From the NCBI GenBank assembly GCA_043803945.1, contig JAZDJN010000010.1, positions 20,823-84,822 on the forward strand: a stretch of 64,000 nt of DNA, read 5' to 3'. The notes beneath the pieces were generated by a model, which saw nothing but the letters and a program-made list of their open reading frames with translations, was not told where the DNA came from and searched no databases. Source of the DNA: a bacterium (GTDB lineage Bacteria; Bacteroidota; Ignavibacteria; UBA10030). This document shows, one piece after another, positions 53,327 to 64,000 of this stretch (position 1 is the first letter of the stretch; the number at the start of each line of letters is the position of its first letter). A program made the translations under genes and the position numbers.

Positions 53327-56300
53327 TTACGGTTTTCCTTCATCAAGGACTTCACGTAATTTTTTCAGAACATCCTCCGGATCGTAAGGTTTTTGAATAA
53401 ACTCTTTCGCTCCTTTCACGAAAAGTTCCGATTTGAAACCCGGCTCCATATATCCGCTTGCCATGATCACCTTTGCAGTCGATTGTTTCTCCAGTATAGC
53501 TTGCAGCATCGCTGTGCCTTTCATTCTGGGCAATCCGACATCGGAAATCACAGCGTCAATGTTGTCTTTTTCACGTTCGAATAGTTGCAAACCCTCCACA
53601 CCATCTCGCGCAATCAATACGGTATATCCAGCGTCTTTAAGAACGATGCCAATAATCTTTGCCAGCACCTCCTCATCTTCAACGATAAGAATTGTCTCTG
53701 AACCACCCGGGAGTTGATATACTCCTTTTGTATCTATTCGATCCTGAATGATCCCTTCGGGTACTGGAAAATAGAGGATGATACTTGTACCACGACCTGG
53801 ACTGCTGTCGACGTCGATGAAACCATGATGTGCGGTCACGACTCCATACACAACAGAAAGCCCTAATCCCGTCCCCTTCCCAAGTTCTTTTGTTGTAAAG
53901 AACGGTTCAAAAATACGGTTTTTAATTGACTCATCCATCCCGCTTCCGGTATCCTTCACCTCAATGCACACATAGTGCGTCGCAGCAGCGTCGGGATGAG
54001 TCTGTACCATTTTTTCGAGAGGGAGCAGCCCCGTGCGGATCGTCAATTCGCCGCTCTCCTCCATGGCATCGCGAGCATTGACACAGAGATTCAGTATCGC
54101 TTGATGAAGTTGATTATGATCCATCATCACTATCGGTACCGATTTTTCAAGATTAAGATTGAAGATGACCGTCTTGGGGAAGGTCTCAGTGAGCATCCCT
54201 ACCAGTTCTTTCACGACTAAATTTACACTCACCGGTTCGAGTGCCGTCTCACTTTTCCTGGCAAACGTTAGAATTTGCCGGACCAGCGCTGCTCCACGAT
54301 CGGTAGCTTTCTGAATTCCTTCGATACTTGAATGCAGAAGCTCAAAGCGCTCTTTCCCGGGAAGCTTTAAAAGAATATGGGTATAGGCCATAATGATACC
54401 GAGGATGTTATTAAAATCGTGAGCAATCCCCCCCGCCAGAGTTCCTATACTATCCATCTTCTGAACTTGATTCATTTGGCTCAGCAATCTCTTTTGCTCT
54501 GTGACATCCTGAAATACTTCGAGCATCGTATTCTTACCTTCATATATTATTCCGATATGAGTAATCTGAAATGTCTTTCCCCCAAGAACTCCATGAACCT
54601 CTAACGTTTCCGGTTTGCCAAATTCTATTCCCTTATGGAGAGGACAGCCTCGACATTGCTCCTTATCATCCCTATACACCTTCCAGCAACGTTCTCCAGT
54701 CATATTTGTTCCAGCGAATGCTTTCATAGTGTCGTTAGCGAAGATGATCTTTCCTTGCTCATCGACAATATCCAATCCAAAAGGAATCGTTTTTAACAGA
54801 AGCTCATTGAAAGCATTGCTTTGTTCAAGCTCTCTCTCTGCCTCTTTTCGCTTGGTGATATCTTGTAGGATGGTTCTTATTCCCTCGATGGTGCCATCTG
54901 AGTCTTTTATAAAACGATCTTCGACAAGAACCGGGAATGTCGATCCATCCTTTCTTCGGGAAGCAGTTTCTAAATTTATCATTTGATCACTCGAGCCCGA
55001 AAGTTTAGCCAGCACTCGTTGTTTGAACGACTCTTCATCAGCGACAAATTTCCAGGCATACTGTCCTACCATCTCTTCTTCTGTGTAATCCAACATTTCT
55101 CGTTCCGTCTTATTGACACGGACAATACGCCCTTCAGTATCGACCTCATGATATCCGACAGGAGCGCTATCGAAGAGGTCTTTAAATCGCAGATCGCTCT
55201 CACGTAGTTCTTCCTCAGCCCGCTTGCTCGCCAGTTCGGCTAACTTGCGCTCGGTGATGTCGCGCAGACTGCCCTGGAGTTTTTCGGGACGTCCTTGAGC
55301 ATCGAACCAGATCTTTGTGGCAATAGAGCAGAGAATCGATGAACCATCACGATTCTTCAATGTTATTTCATAATCAGTAACACTACCTCGTTCCTTCAAC
55401 ATTGCTAAGAGGGCCTGTCGTTCTCCGGGATCAGCATAGAAATCAAGCATCGACTTTCCTATCAGGTCATCCCGACGAAACTGGCCTTTTGACAAAATCT
55501 CGATAGAAGGACTGACTTCGATGATCACACCATCGACAGATGTTTCATAGTAGACATCCTGTACGTTTTCGAAGATGCCGCGGTATTTTTCTTCGCTCAC
55601 CAGCAGCGCCTCCTCCGCCTTCTTGCGCTCGGTGATGTCCCGGTTGATTATCAAAATACCGATCTTTTTGCCGGTGTGATCTTTGACAGAGACCTTTGTT
55701 GACAAGTGACATCTATCGATCTTGCCCGTCGCTGGATCCTGACGGATTTTCTCTTGACTAATCAGCGGCTCACCCGATTCGAGAATTGCATCCTCCTCCG
55801 CAAAATGTTCTTGTGCCAACTCGGGGCGAGTGAAATCAAAATCGGTTTTCCCCAACAGTTCGTTCATCGACTTGGCACCGATGGCATTCATCGTCGCACG
55901 GTTAGCCACGAGGAACCGGTGCTTTAGATCTTTCAGGCACACTTCATCGGGAATGCTCTCAATGAGGGTGAGCAGCAACGTGCGCTCTTTTTCCAGCATT
56001 TCTTCTGATTGCATGAGCTTGGTGATATCACGATTGATACTCACGAGGCCGATGATCTTGCCTTCGTGGTCCTTCAGCGGGATCTTTGAAATCAGCAGGC
56101 TCCGCTCAATTGCTCCGGTCTCAGGATCGACCTTAGTTGCGACTCTGTCCCTGGAATGGTCGCCAACTGCCAGAACAGTGTTCTCTTCCTCCCTCGCATC
56201 TTTCACGAGATGCTCGGGAACCAGATCTTCATCCTTCTTCCCGATGATTTCATCTGCCGAGGCCCGCTTGAGAGCGTTTATAGTTCCCGTGTTCACAAGA

Positions 56301-59300
56301 ACGAATCTTCTCTCGGTGTCTTTTACTGTAATCTCGTCTGGAATCGCATCGATGATCGTGCGCAAGAGATTTCGTTCTTCCTCCAAGCGTTCCTCTGCCT
56401 TATTCCGTTCCGTGACATCACGGAACAGGCTGAGAAGCAATCTCTCCTGACCGGCTGTTTCGATGAATGAATGGGAAATATGAAGGTCGACGATTTCACC
56501 ATTCCACAGTGTCACTGAGTCGATAAGATCGGAGATAGTCTCTCCCGCGGCAAAGCGCTTATGATACAAACTGAGATCATCATCCGGTCCTTGCCTTTGG
56601 TAGGCAACCGAGAGGACTTTTCCGAGCAACTCTTCACGAGGCATTCTCATCAGTCTGCAAAATGCTGCGTTGACGTCGGTAATCCGACCTTCCCTATCCG
56701 TCAGTCGCATTCCGTCCGCCGAATTATCCCACACCGAACGAAAACGCTCTTCCGACAGGCGAAGATCGTGTTCGGCTTTCTTGCGCTCGGTGATATCCTG
56801 GTTCACACCATACGTCTTCACGGTACGACCCTGTGCATCTTTTTTAATACGAATATGGACAGTGAAGCAGCCTTCCACACCATCTGCGCAAATGGTGCGA
56901 TGATCCAACCTGGCATAGTAGCCTGGGTCGGTCGTTTCCATGGCTTTCTGAGTTTCCACACCGACCACAGCCATGTCATCCGGGTATACAAATTTTTGGG
57001 CGTAGTGCGCGGAGGACATGATGTACCCGCCTTCTCTTTCCGCCGACGTGTGTAAGAGTGCATAGAACTGATCGTTGAACGTAAACTGATCGTGGAAGAT
57101 ATCGTACTCCCAAGTGCCGAGCCTGGCGATCTTCATGGCCTCGGCGAGCTTGGCTTCGCTTTCGTGCAGAGCTCCCTCCGCTCGCTTGCGCTCGGTGATA
57201 TCTTCAAGCGTTGTCTGCACAGACGAAACACTCTTTTGCTCATCCAATGTCACAAAATCGCTGACCATAAACGTCTTGATCGAGCCATCTTTTGCCACAT
57301 AGTTGCGCTCGTTTCTACCCGTCATAAGCGCTTTGTCCAGCTTTTTCCTCTCCCATCGGGCCTTCGAAATTGATCGTTCACCTTCAAGAATCAAATCGAA
57401 AATTGGCTTACCGAGCACTTCGTCCCTGGAATAACCGAGAGACTCGCACCACCGAACATTAACGTTCGTAATGATGCCTTCCGGCGTAAGAACATGGTAC
57501 GCTACAGGTGCGTAATCAAAAAGCCACTTGAATTTCTTTTCCGAATCAGCTAACGCACCTTCCACCCGTTTCCGCTCGGTGATGTCACGATCAATGCCTA
57601 ATATCAGCTCGCGTCCTTCGGAGATGATGATCGATGTGGAGACCTCAATGGGAAAGATATGACCGTCACGATGGCGGTGGAAGGTTTCCAGATGCAGCAC
57701 ACCTTCGTGTTTCACTCGTGTCAGGTAGGCGGCGCGTTCTTCAAGTGTTGCCGCTGAAATGTTGAGAATGTCGATCGACTTGCCGATAAGTTCCTCACGC
57801 GTGTATCCATTCAACTGGCAAGCGATTTCGTTGCAATCCACAATTGGCCAGCTACTGGTGGAAGCATGAGGGTCGATTAACACAATTGCATCAGGCGAGG
57901 CCGTAAACAAGCGACGGAATCGCTGTTCACTTTCTTTTAGCGCCATCTCTGCCAGTTTACTATCGGTAATATCTCGCGCTGTAGAAATTACGCCTATCGT
58001 ATTTCCATTTACGTCTTTCAATACACGGCACCACCATGCAAGTAATCGCTTCTCCCCATCTTTGCGACGCTGCCAGCTTTCTATGTAGATTACATTTTCA
58101 ATGCCGCCGAAGAGAGGCTGAACAACATCATAAGTATTCTGATCACCTTCAAAGTAGAAATTCGCTTCTTTGCCAATCAAATCGTTACCGAAGAATTCAC
58201 GACCTGCTTGATTTGCCCAGGTGTATATTTTATTGTTATCCACTTCCATAATAATATCTGGTACAGCAGTTAGAATAGCTTGCTGGCGTACTGAGAGTGC
58301 GCGCAATGCATCCTCTGTGCGCTTTTGCTCCGTAATTTCCCGGCTAACACCGACAAGACCTATAATCTGACCTTGCATATCCCGCAATGGTATTTTGGAG
58401 GTGGAGAAAATGTGTTTTTGACCCTCTTTGTCGAGGAGGAACTCCTCCTTGTTGAGCACCGGTGTGCCGGTTCGAATAACCGATTGGTCGTCAGCATAGT
58501 AAGCAGCCGCAATGGTCTCTGGATAAAAATCAAAAGCAGTCTTATTCAGGACCTCTGCCTCGAATTGCTGCCCCATCCATCGAACATCTGATGCATTGGC
58601 AATAGTCTTGCGACAGGCACTATCTTTAACATAGATTGCATCGGGCAGATTATCAATCAATGTGCGAAGGAGACCGCGCTCGTGCTGGAGAGCATCTTCC
58701 GCCCGTTTTCGCTCGGTGATGTCCTTAATGATATGGACGAACGAATTAACGTTATCGTATTCATCCCTTATTGGCCAAGCGTGGAGTGCATAGTATCGTC
58801 CGTCCTGCTCAACCTCGCCGAATCCTCCTTCGCCACTACTCAGGGTCACTTTGCACGGGCACTGGGCGATGGGTCCTTTGGTTCCGTGAACTAACTCAAA
58901 GCATTTCCGGCCAACGATTTCTTCTCGGGAGAGTCCTATCGACCGGACTCCAGCCTGATTGATCGATAGGAACTCGTGATTGTGCGAGATCACACAGACG
59001 ATGTCTGAGATAGCGTCAAAGGTACTCTGCCATCGTTGAGCAGCGAGAAATCGCTCGCTTTCCGCACGTTTACGCTCGGTAATGTCGCGGAATATCCCCA
59101 GCAACAAAGGTGGTTGTCCCTCAAATTCCAAGAATGAGTTCGTTACTTCAATCCACATTTTCCTGTCGTTCCAGAGAGTGATTTCACGGTTAACATGAGT
59201 TTCAACAGTTCGTGACGTGAACCGCTCACTATGACGACGGGCTACCTGCTCTTGACGTTCCTTTCCGTAGATGACAGCAAGGGATTTCCCTTCTAATTCG

Positions 59301-60982
59301 GAATGTCCTTTTCCGACCAAGCGGCAGAAGGCTTCATTGACCAGCAGGACTTTTCCTTCTTCATTCGTTAGGCGCATGCCGTCCCCGGAATTTTCCCATA
59401 CTAATCGAAATTGTTGCTCAGCCTTGCGAATCGCTTCCTCCGCTCGCTTTCGCTCGGTAATATCTTGAGCGGTGCCGGACATATGAGTTGGTCTGCCAAC
59501 AGTATCGCATATCAGTACGCCGCGACCACTGATAATACGGATAGTACCGTCGGGAAGAATCGTGCGAAACTCCAATTCGCCGGACTTTTCTCCTGCAGTA
59601 CAGGCACGTATCCATTCCTGCATTGCCAACCGGTCATCGGGATGAATAAGGTTGATGAAGGACTCGGCATTCGGGGTAAACGTTTCCGGCGAGACCCCGT
59701 AAATCCGATACATCTCGTCTGACCACGATAACCTGCCTGACAGGTCGTAAACCCAACTACCCAGATTTGCTGTTTCCTGCGCTCTTTTCAGATTCGTTTC
59801 GCTTTCGCGTAGCGCATCCTCCATCCGCTTGCGCTCGGTGATATCTCTGGAGATGCCAAAAGTTCCGATGATTTGACCTTTGATATCACGGAGAGGCATC
59901 TTAGTTGTTGAAACCCACGTCTTATGGCCGTCGGGCCACGTTTCCTTTTCTTCCAAATTTACTAACGGGCGGCCGGTTTTCGTGATCTCTCGTTCATTCT
60001 CGAATGCTAGACGGGCATGTTCCTGCGTGAAGAAGTCAAAGTCCGTCTTCCCTATGCCTTGTGCAGGTTCGCTAATACCAAATCTATCGGCCAGAGCTTT
60101 GCTCATTCTAATAAAGCGGCTGTCGATATCTTTGAAGTAGATGTGGTCAGGGATGTTATCCATGAGTGCCATCAGGAGGTTCTGTTCATATGTCAGTTTC
60201 TCCTCCGCCCGTTTGCGCTCGGTGATATCTTCAACACTTCCATCATAATAGAGAGTGTTACCGTTAGGATCGCGGATTGCGCGAGCACTCTCTCTTATAT
60301 ATACAATTGATCCATCACGACGAGTCCAGGCCGACTCCAGGCCTTTTACTTCTCCTGTGATTTCGACTTGTTCAATAAATTGTTTCCGCTCATAGGAAGG
60401 TTCGAAGCCCTCTTTTTCAAGATTCCTTGAAGCAAGCTCTTCAAACGATGAATAACCAAGTATCTTAATTAACGTGGGATTGGTTAAAATAATTTTCCCA
60501 TCGGGAGTGGTTCTGTATAGACCGATTGTGGAATTTTCGTAGAGTGAGCGGAAGCGTTCTTCACTTTCCTTTAATGCTGTCTCTGCTTCAATTTTTCTTT
60601 TCTGTGTGTCAGCAGACTCCAATGCGGAGGTTACCGCAAAGCTCAAGCGCGAGAGATGCTCTTTGATGACATAATCGTTTGCCCCTGCCTTCATACAATC
60701 GACAGCGGTTATTTCATTCATCGATCCTGTGACGACAATAAATGGGATCAGAGGGTTCACTGCACGGGTAATCAGCAGGGCTTCCATACCGTTAAAGAGA
60801 GGCAGGAAATAATCAGAGAGAATAATATCAGGGTGAAAAGATTGGAGTCTCTCCCGGAAATCTTCTTCTGTCTCGACACATACGGCTTCAAAAGATATTC
60901 CTGCGGTTCGTAATTCTCGTTTTGTAAGTTCTGCGTCCAAAGGAACATCCTCAACAATCAAAACACGCAATATCTCTTTCAT
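53327..60982 (-). CDS. Giant hybrid sensor kinase REC-16xPAS-HisKA-HATPase-REC (2551 aa)
   Basis: 16 PAS/PAC units counted by DITERK-like ends; [10 protein letters not shown]; [10 protein letters not shown]; GKGTGLGL; REC at both ends. Confidence 0.96.
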   Translation of the reverse strand: MKEILRVLIVEDVPLDAELTKRELRTAGISFEAVCVETEEDFRERLQSFHPDIILSDYFLPLFNGMEALLITRAVNPLIPFIVVTGSMNEITAVDCMKAGANDYVIKEHLSRLSFAVTSALESADTQKRKIEAETALKESEERFRSLYENSTIGLYRTTPDGKIILTNPTLIKILGYSSFEELASRNLEKEGFEPSYERKQFIEQVEITGEVKGLESAWTRRDGSIVYIRESARAIRDPNGNTLYYDGSVEDITERKRAEEKLTYEQNLLMALMDNIPDHIYFKDIDSRFIRMSKALADRFGISEPAQGIGKTDFDFFTQEHARLAFENEREITKTGRPLVNLEEKETWPDGHKTWVSTTKMPLRDIKGQIIGTFGISRDITERKRMEDALRESETNLKRAQETANLGSWVYDLSGRLSWSDEMYRIYGVSPETFTPNAESFINLIHPDDRLAMQEWIRACTAGEKSGELEFRTILPDGTIRIISGRGVLICDTVGRPTHMSGTAQDITERKRAEEAIRKAEQQFRLVWENSGDGMRLTNEEGKVLLVNEAFCRLVGKGHSELEGKSLAVIYGKERQEQVARRHSERFTSRTVETHVNREITLWNDRKMWIEVTNSFLEFEGQPPLLLGIFRDITERKRAESERFLAAQRWQSTFDAISDIVCVISHNHEFLSINQAGVRSIGLSREEIVGRKCFELVHGTKGPIAQCPCKVTLSSGEGGFGEVEQDGRYYALHAWPIRDEYDNVNSFVHIIKDITERKRAEDALQHERGLLRTLIDNLPDAIYVKDSACRKTIANASDVRWMGQQFEAEVLNKTAFDFYPETIAAAYYADDQSVIRTGTPVLNKEEFLLDKEGQKHIFSTSKIPLRDMQGQIIGLVGVSREITEQKRTEDALRALSVRQQAILTAVPDIIMEVDNNKIYTWANQAGREFFGNDLIGKEANFYFEGDQNTYDVVQPLFGGIENVIYIESWQRRKDGEKRLLAWWCRVLKDVNGNTIGVISTARDITDSKLAEMALKESEQRFRRLFTASPDAIVLIDPHASTSSWPIVDCNEIACQLNGYTREELIGKSIDILNISAATLEERAAYLTRVKHEGVLHLETFHRHRDGHIFPIEVSTSIIISEGRELILGIDRDITERKRVEGALADSEKKFKWLFDYAPVAYHVLTPEGIITNVNVRWCESLGYSRDEVLGKPIFDLILEGERSISKARWERKKLDKALMTGRNERNYVAKDGSIKTFMVSDFVTLDEQKSVSSVQTTLEDITERKRAEGALHESEAKLAEAMKIARLGTWEYDIFHDQFTFNDQFYALLHTSAEREGGYIMSSAHYAQKFVYPDDMAVVGVETQKAMETTDPGYYARLDHRTICADGVEGCFTVHIRIKKDAQGRTVKTYGVNQDITERKKAEHDLRLSEERFRSVWDNSADGMRLTDREGRITDVNAAFCRLMRMPREELLGKVLSVAYQRQGPDDDLSLYHKRFAAGETISDLIDSVTLWNGEIVDLHISHSFIETAGQERLLLSLFRDVTERNKAEERLEEERNLLRTIIDAIPDEITVKDTERRFVLVNTGTINALKRASADEIIGKKDEDLVPEHLVKDAREEENTVLAVGDHSRDRVATKVDPETGAIERSLLISKIPLKDHEGKIIGLVSINRDITKLMQSEEMLEKERTLLLTLIESIPDEVCLKDLKHRFLVANRATMNAIGAKSMNELLGKTDFDFTRPELAQEHFAEEDAILESGEPLISQEKIRQDPATGKIDRCHLSTKVSVKDHTGKKIGILIINRDITERKKAEEALLVSEEKYRGIFENVQDVYYETSVDGVIIEVSPSIEILSKGQFRRDDLIGKSMLDFYADPGERQALLAMLKERGSVTDYEITLKNRDGSSILCSIATKIWFDAQGRPEKLQGSLRDITERKLAELASKRAEEELRESDLRFKDLFDSAPVGYHEVDTEGRIVRVNKTEREMLDYTEEEMVGQYAWKFVADEESFKQRVLAKLSGSSDQMINLETASRRKDGSTFPVLVEDRFIKDSDGTIEGIRTILQDITKRKEAERELEQSNAFNELLLKTIPFGLDIVDEQGKIIFANDTMKAFAGTNMTGERCWKVYRDDKEQCRGCPLHKGIEFGKPETLEVHGVLGGKTFQITHIGIIYEGKNTMLEVFQDVTEQKRLLSQMNQVQKMDSIGTLAGGIAHDFNNILGIIMAYTHILLKLPGKERFELLHSSIEGIQKATDRGAALVRQILTFARKSETALEPVSVNLVVKELVGMLTETFPKTVIFNLNLEKSVPIVMMDHNQLHQAILNLCVNARDAMEESGELTIRTGLLPLEKMVQTHPDAAATHYVCIEVKDTGSGMDESIKNRIFEPFFTTKELGKGTGLGLSVVYGVVTAHHGFIDVDSSPGRGTSIILYFPVPEGIIQDRIDTKGVYQLPGGSETILIVEDEEVLAKIIGIVLKDAGYTVLIARDGVEGLQLFEREKDNIDAVISDVGLPRMKGTAMLQAILEKQSTAKVIMASGYMEPGFKSELFVKGAKEFIQKPYDPEDVLKKLREVLDEGKP

Positions 60983-61078
60983 CGCTCTCCTCTCTCATTA
61001 AATCGTGTGAATTCCCCAACGCTGTTCAATGTGTGATCGTAACAACTCAGCGATGGAAAAAATATTTAACCATTTATT

Positions 61079-61158
61079 TGACCCCCTCTTTAATCTCCCC
61101 CTAAAAGGGGGAGTTAGATAAATCCCTCCCCTCTTAGGGGAGGTGAAGGTGGGGTTTG
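61079..61158. repeat. Poly-C/poly-G double hairpin related to the REP-like H family
   Basis: CTCCCCCT-AAA-AGGGGGAG and CCTCCCCT-CTT-AGGGGAGG inside ACCCC...GGGGT. Confidence 0.75.
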
Positions 61159-61248
61159 GTTTCAAGATGTACTATATTTCATTTTGTGTATGCCTTAATG
61201 AAACCACAAATCATGCTGAGTTATTATGTGTGATCTTAATATGCTCTC

Positions 61249-63561
61249 TTACTGGATCTTCTTACCCTCATCGAGAACTCTCCGAAGTTTTCTCAGGACA
61301 TCATCAGGATTATAAGGTTTTTGAACAAACTCTCCTGCTCCCTGTGCGAGAATACCTTTCATTAAGTCCGGTTCCTGAGATCCACTTGCCAATAAACCTT
61401 TCACCGAGGGTTTCAGCTTTACAATCGCTTCCAGCATTGCCCTGCCATTCAATTTGGGCAATCCGATATCTGAAATGACTGCATCGATCTTCTCCTGCCC
61501 GCGTTCAAATTTCTGCAATCCTTCGATCCCGTCGCGTGCTGTGATGACACTATAGCCGGCGTCTTCAAGGACCATTTTGAGGACGTTCATCAGCACCTCT
61601 TCATCTTCGACAAGAAGAACTGTTTCAGTACCACCTGGAAGTTTTTCCAGCGTCCGCTCATCGTAATGTTCCTGAATAATCCCTTCTGGCACGGGGAAGG
61701 AGAGGTAAAACGTTGCCCCTTGTCCGGGCTGACTTTCCACATCGATAAAACCGTGCTGTGCCAAAACGGCACCATAGACGACAGAAAGTCCAAGTCCCGT
61801 GCCTTTGCCCTTTTCCTTCGTCGTGAAGAATGGCTCAAAGATACAGTGTTTGATCGATTCAGGAATCCCTGCCCCTGTATCGGCAATCGTGATTTGAACG
61901 TAATATTCCGCTGAAGCATCCGGATGGGATGTGATTATGTTCTGCCGCGAAAGGAGGCGCGTCCGGAGTGTTAATTCTCCGTTCCCTTCCATAGCATCGC
62001 GTGCGTTGACGCAGAGATTAAGCAGCGTTTGATGCAATTGATTATGATCCATGATCACAATGGGTACCGTTTTTTCGAGATCAAGTCTGAAGATGATCGT
62101 CTTCGGGAACGTTTCGGTAAGCATACCAGCCAATTCTTTGATCGTCAGATTGATACTCACCGGCTCGAGTGCCGAATCACTCTTTCGCGCAAACGTGAGG
62201 ATCTGTCTCACAAGAGCCGTCCCTCGATCAGTCGCTATTCGAATTCCTTCAACACTCGAGCGCAAGAGTTTTTGATTCTCGTTGCCGCTCAGCTTCGAGA
62301 GAACATGGGTGTATGCCATAATGATGCCAAGGATATTATTGAAGTCGTGAGCGATGCCGCCGGCAAGGGTCCCAAGACTATCCATCTTCTGGATCTGTCC
62401 CAACTGGTTCTCGAGTTTCTTATGCTCCGTAATATCTTCTTTCAATCCCACCAGATGTTCGATGATTCCCTGTTCATTTCTGATGGTTGAAATTCGAGCA
62501 TACTCCCAGAACAATTCACCGTTCTTTTTCCTGTTTAGAAGCTCACCACGCCACTCTCCACCGGCGAGTATTGTTTTCCATAATTGTTCGTATAATTGTG
62601 AAGGATTCTTACCGGATTTCAATATACGTGTATTCTTTCCCAAAACTTCAGTGATCGTATATTCGGTCACTTTCTCGAATGCCGGATTCACGTACTCGAT
62701 ATTCCCTTTCGAGTCGGTAATAATAATTGATGTGGGGCTTTGATGAATGACGCGGGATAATTTCCGTAACTCAGCTTCTGTGCGTTGTTGTTCACTCATG
62801 TCTTGAATGATGGTACGAATTCCACAGATTTCACCATGTTCATCATAGATCAAACGCTCTTCAGTCAGAACCGGCAATTCTGTCCCATCCTTCCGTGTGT
62901 ACCGCCGGATGACATTCCTCGAAGGTGACTCGCTTCCCGCTAACTTCGCTCTCACCCGTTCACGTGATGCATCAGAATCAGGTACGAACTCCCATACCGG
63001 TCTCCCGATCATCTCCTCCCTCAGATAACCAAGCATCTCCAGCTCTGTACGATTCACATTGGACATGCAACCGTGAATATCCAGTTCATGATACCCCACT
63101 GGAGCAGAATCAAAGAGCTCTCTGAATTTTTGTTCGCTTTTACGCACTGCCACCTCTGCTTCCAATTTCTTCTGTCTCATCGATGCTTTCTCGAGAGCAG
63201 ATTTTAGTGCAAACGGAAGCCGGGAGATGTGCTCTTTAATGATATAATCGTCTGCGCCCGCCTTCATACATTCTACAGCAGTATCTTCATTCAGTGATCC
63301 CGTGACAAGGATAAAGGGAAGGTGGGGCTTTAACGTCTGTAGTAACCGTAGCGCCTGCATCCCATTTAATGTCGGAAGAGAATAATCAGAGAGGATAATA
63401 TCCGGCCGAAAGGATTGAAGTTTCTCACGAAAATCCTTTTCTGTTTCGACACATTCGGCAACAAATGAAATCCCCGCCGATCGTAACTCTCGCTTCGTAA
63501 GCTCTGCATCCGATTGGCTATCTTCTACGAGCAAAACACGCAATGCATCTTTCATCATCAT
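61249..63561 (-). CDS. Hybrid sensor kinase REC-2xPAS-HisKA-HATPase-REC, paralog of the adjacent giant kinase
   Basis: REC and kinase core closely similar to 53327-60982 ([27 protein letters not shown]); second PAS NifL/Aer-like. Confidence 0.96.
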   Translation of the reverse strand: MMMKDALRVLLVEDSQSDAELTKRELRSAGISFVAECVETEKDFREKLQSFRPDIILSDYSLPTLNGMQALRLLQTLKPHLPFILVTGSLNEDTAVECMKAGADDYIIKEHISRLPFALKSALEKASMRQKKLEAEVAVRKSEQKFRELFDSAPVGYHELDIHGCMSNVNRTELEMLGYLREEMIGRPVWEFVPDSDASRERVRAKLAGSESPSRNVIRRYTRKDGTELPVLTEERLIYDEHGEICGIRTIIQDMSEQQRTEAELRKLSRVIHQSPTSIIITDSKGNIEYVNPAFEKVTEYTITEVLGKNTRILKSGKNPSQLYEQLWKTILAGGEWRGELLNRKKNGELFWEYARISTIRNEQGIIEHLVGLKEDITEHKKLENQLGQIQKMDSLGTLAGGIAHDFNNILGIIMAYTHVLSKLSGNENQKLLRSSVEGIRIATDRGTALVRQILTFARKSDSALEPVSINLTIKELAGMLTETFPKTIIFRLDLEKTVPIVIMDHNQLHQTLLNLCVNARDAMEGNGELTLRTRLLSRQNIITSHPDASAEYYVQITIADTGAGIPESIKHCIFEPFFTTKEKGKGTGLGLSVVYGAVLAQHGFIDVESQPGQGATFYLSFPVPEGIIQEHYDERTLEKLPGGTETVLLVEDEEVLMNVLKMVLEDAGYSVITARDGIEGLQKFERGQEKIDAVISDIGLPKLNGRAMLEAIVKLKPSVKGLLASGSQEPDLMKGILAQGAGEFVQKPYNPDDVLRKLRRVLDEGKKIQ

Positions 63562-63740
63562 CTCCTCCCAAAAACTTATTCGAGAATCATATCCTATCGT
63601 ATTCTCCCAGCCAACGAGATCGCTACAGAGACTCGAAGGATAAAGATATATAATTTTAATTATTTTCTTCTATAAAAGCACAATGTTCTCCGGGTGCTTA
63701 GCGGTAAATCTTCACCGAAAAGCTTCAAACTCTTTGCTTT

Positions 63741-64000
63741 TTGTGTCCTTTGTGCTTTTCCCTTGTGCCCTTCGTGGTAATATTTTCACCACAAGGAACA
63801 CTAAGTCATTCTTTTTTTTGTGTCCTTTGTGCTTTTCCCTTGTGCCCCTTGTGGTAATACTCTAACCACAAGGAACACTAAGTCATTCTTTCTTTGTGCC
63901 CTTTGTGCTTTTCCCTTGTGCCCTTCGTGGTAATATTCTAACCACAAGGAACACTAAGTCATTCTTTTTTTTGTGCCCTTTGTGCTTTTCCCTTGTGCCC
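63741..64000. repeat. Tandem array of a 76-77 nt hairpin-containing unit (3 full copies plus a partial, runs off window)
   Basis: Units start at 63741, 63818, 63894 and 63971: TTGTGYCCTTTGTGCTTTTCCCTTGTGCCCYTYGTGGTAATA...ACCACAAGGAACACTAAGTCATTCTTT. Confidence 0.95.

Noticed and set aside
35225-53355. Short ORFs 35225-35530, 44988-45248, 49845-50087, 52891-53079 and 53128-53355
   Set aside because: Translations of palindromic repeats (Pro/Gly runs from C/G tracts), with no family features
63741-64000. CRISPR array
   Set aside because: Whole 76-77 nt units repeat with no unique spacers, and there are no cas genes in the window

Overview
Bacterial chromosomal window with every supported gene on the - strand. 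It is most likely from an Ignavibacteria-like member of the Bacteroidota/Chlorobiota superphylum. This is an inference from T9SS-type C-terminal domains, secY-map-infA without adk, a 61-aa zinc-type S14 and a GAFTDA-type sigma54 activator. Bases 1-29.5 kb form one contiguous translation/transcription supercluster: tRNA-Gly, tRNA-Thr, rpmG, tRNA-Trp, secE, nusG, rplKAJL, rpoBC, rpsLG, fusA (frameshifted by 2 nt), tuf, then S10-spc-alpha up to a truncated rpsK. Bases 29.5-31.4 kb are an unexplained hairpin-rich spacer containing a small Cys-rich ORF. Bases 31.4-63.6 kb are a signalling island of cytoplasmic PAS/GAF hybrid kinases (one with 16 PAS domains), receiver proteins, an NtrC-like activator and three secreted proteins, two with a T9SS-type tail. 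The main unexplained signals are: (1) a family of 24-37 nt palindromic micro-elements that insert into other repeats and into each other, mostly with lengths divisible by 3, with possible in-frame relatives in kinase linkers; (2) four sigma54-type promoters sharing a non-canonical -12 box and a common upstream palindrome; (3) DNA-level evidence of PAS/GAF module shuffling; (4) a 77-nt tandem hairpin array at the window end.
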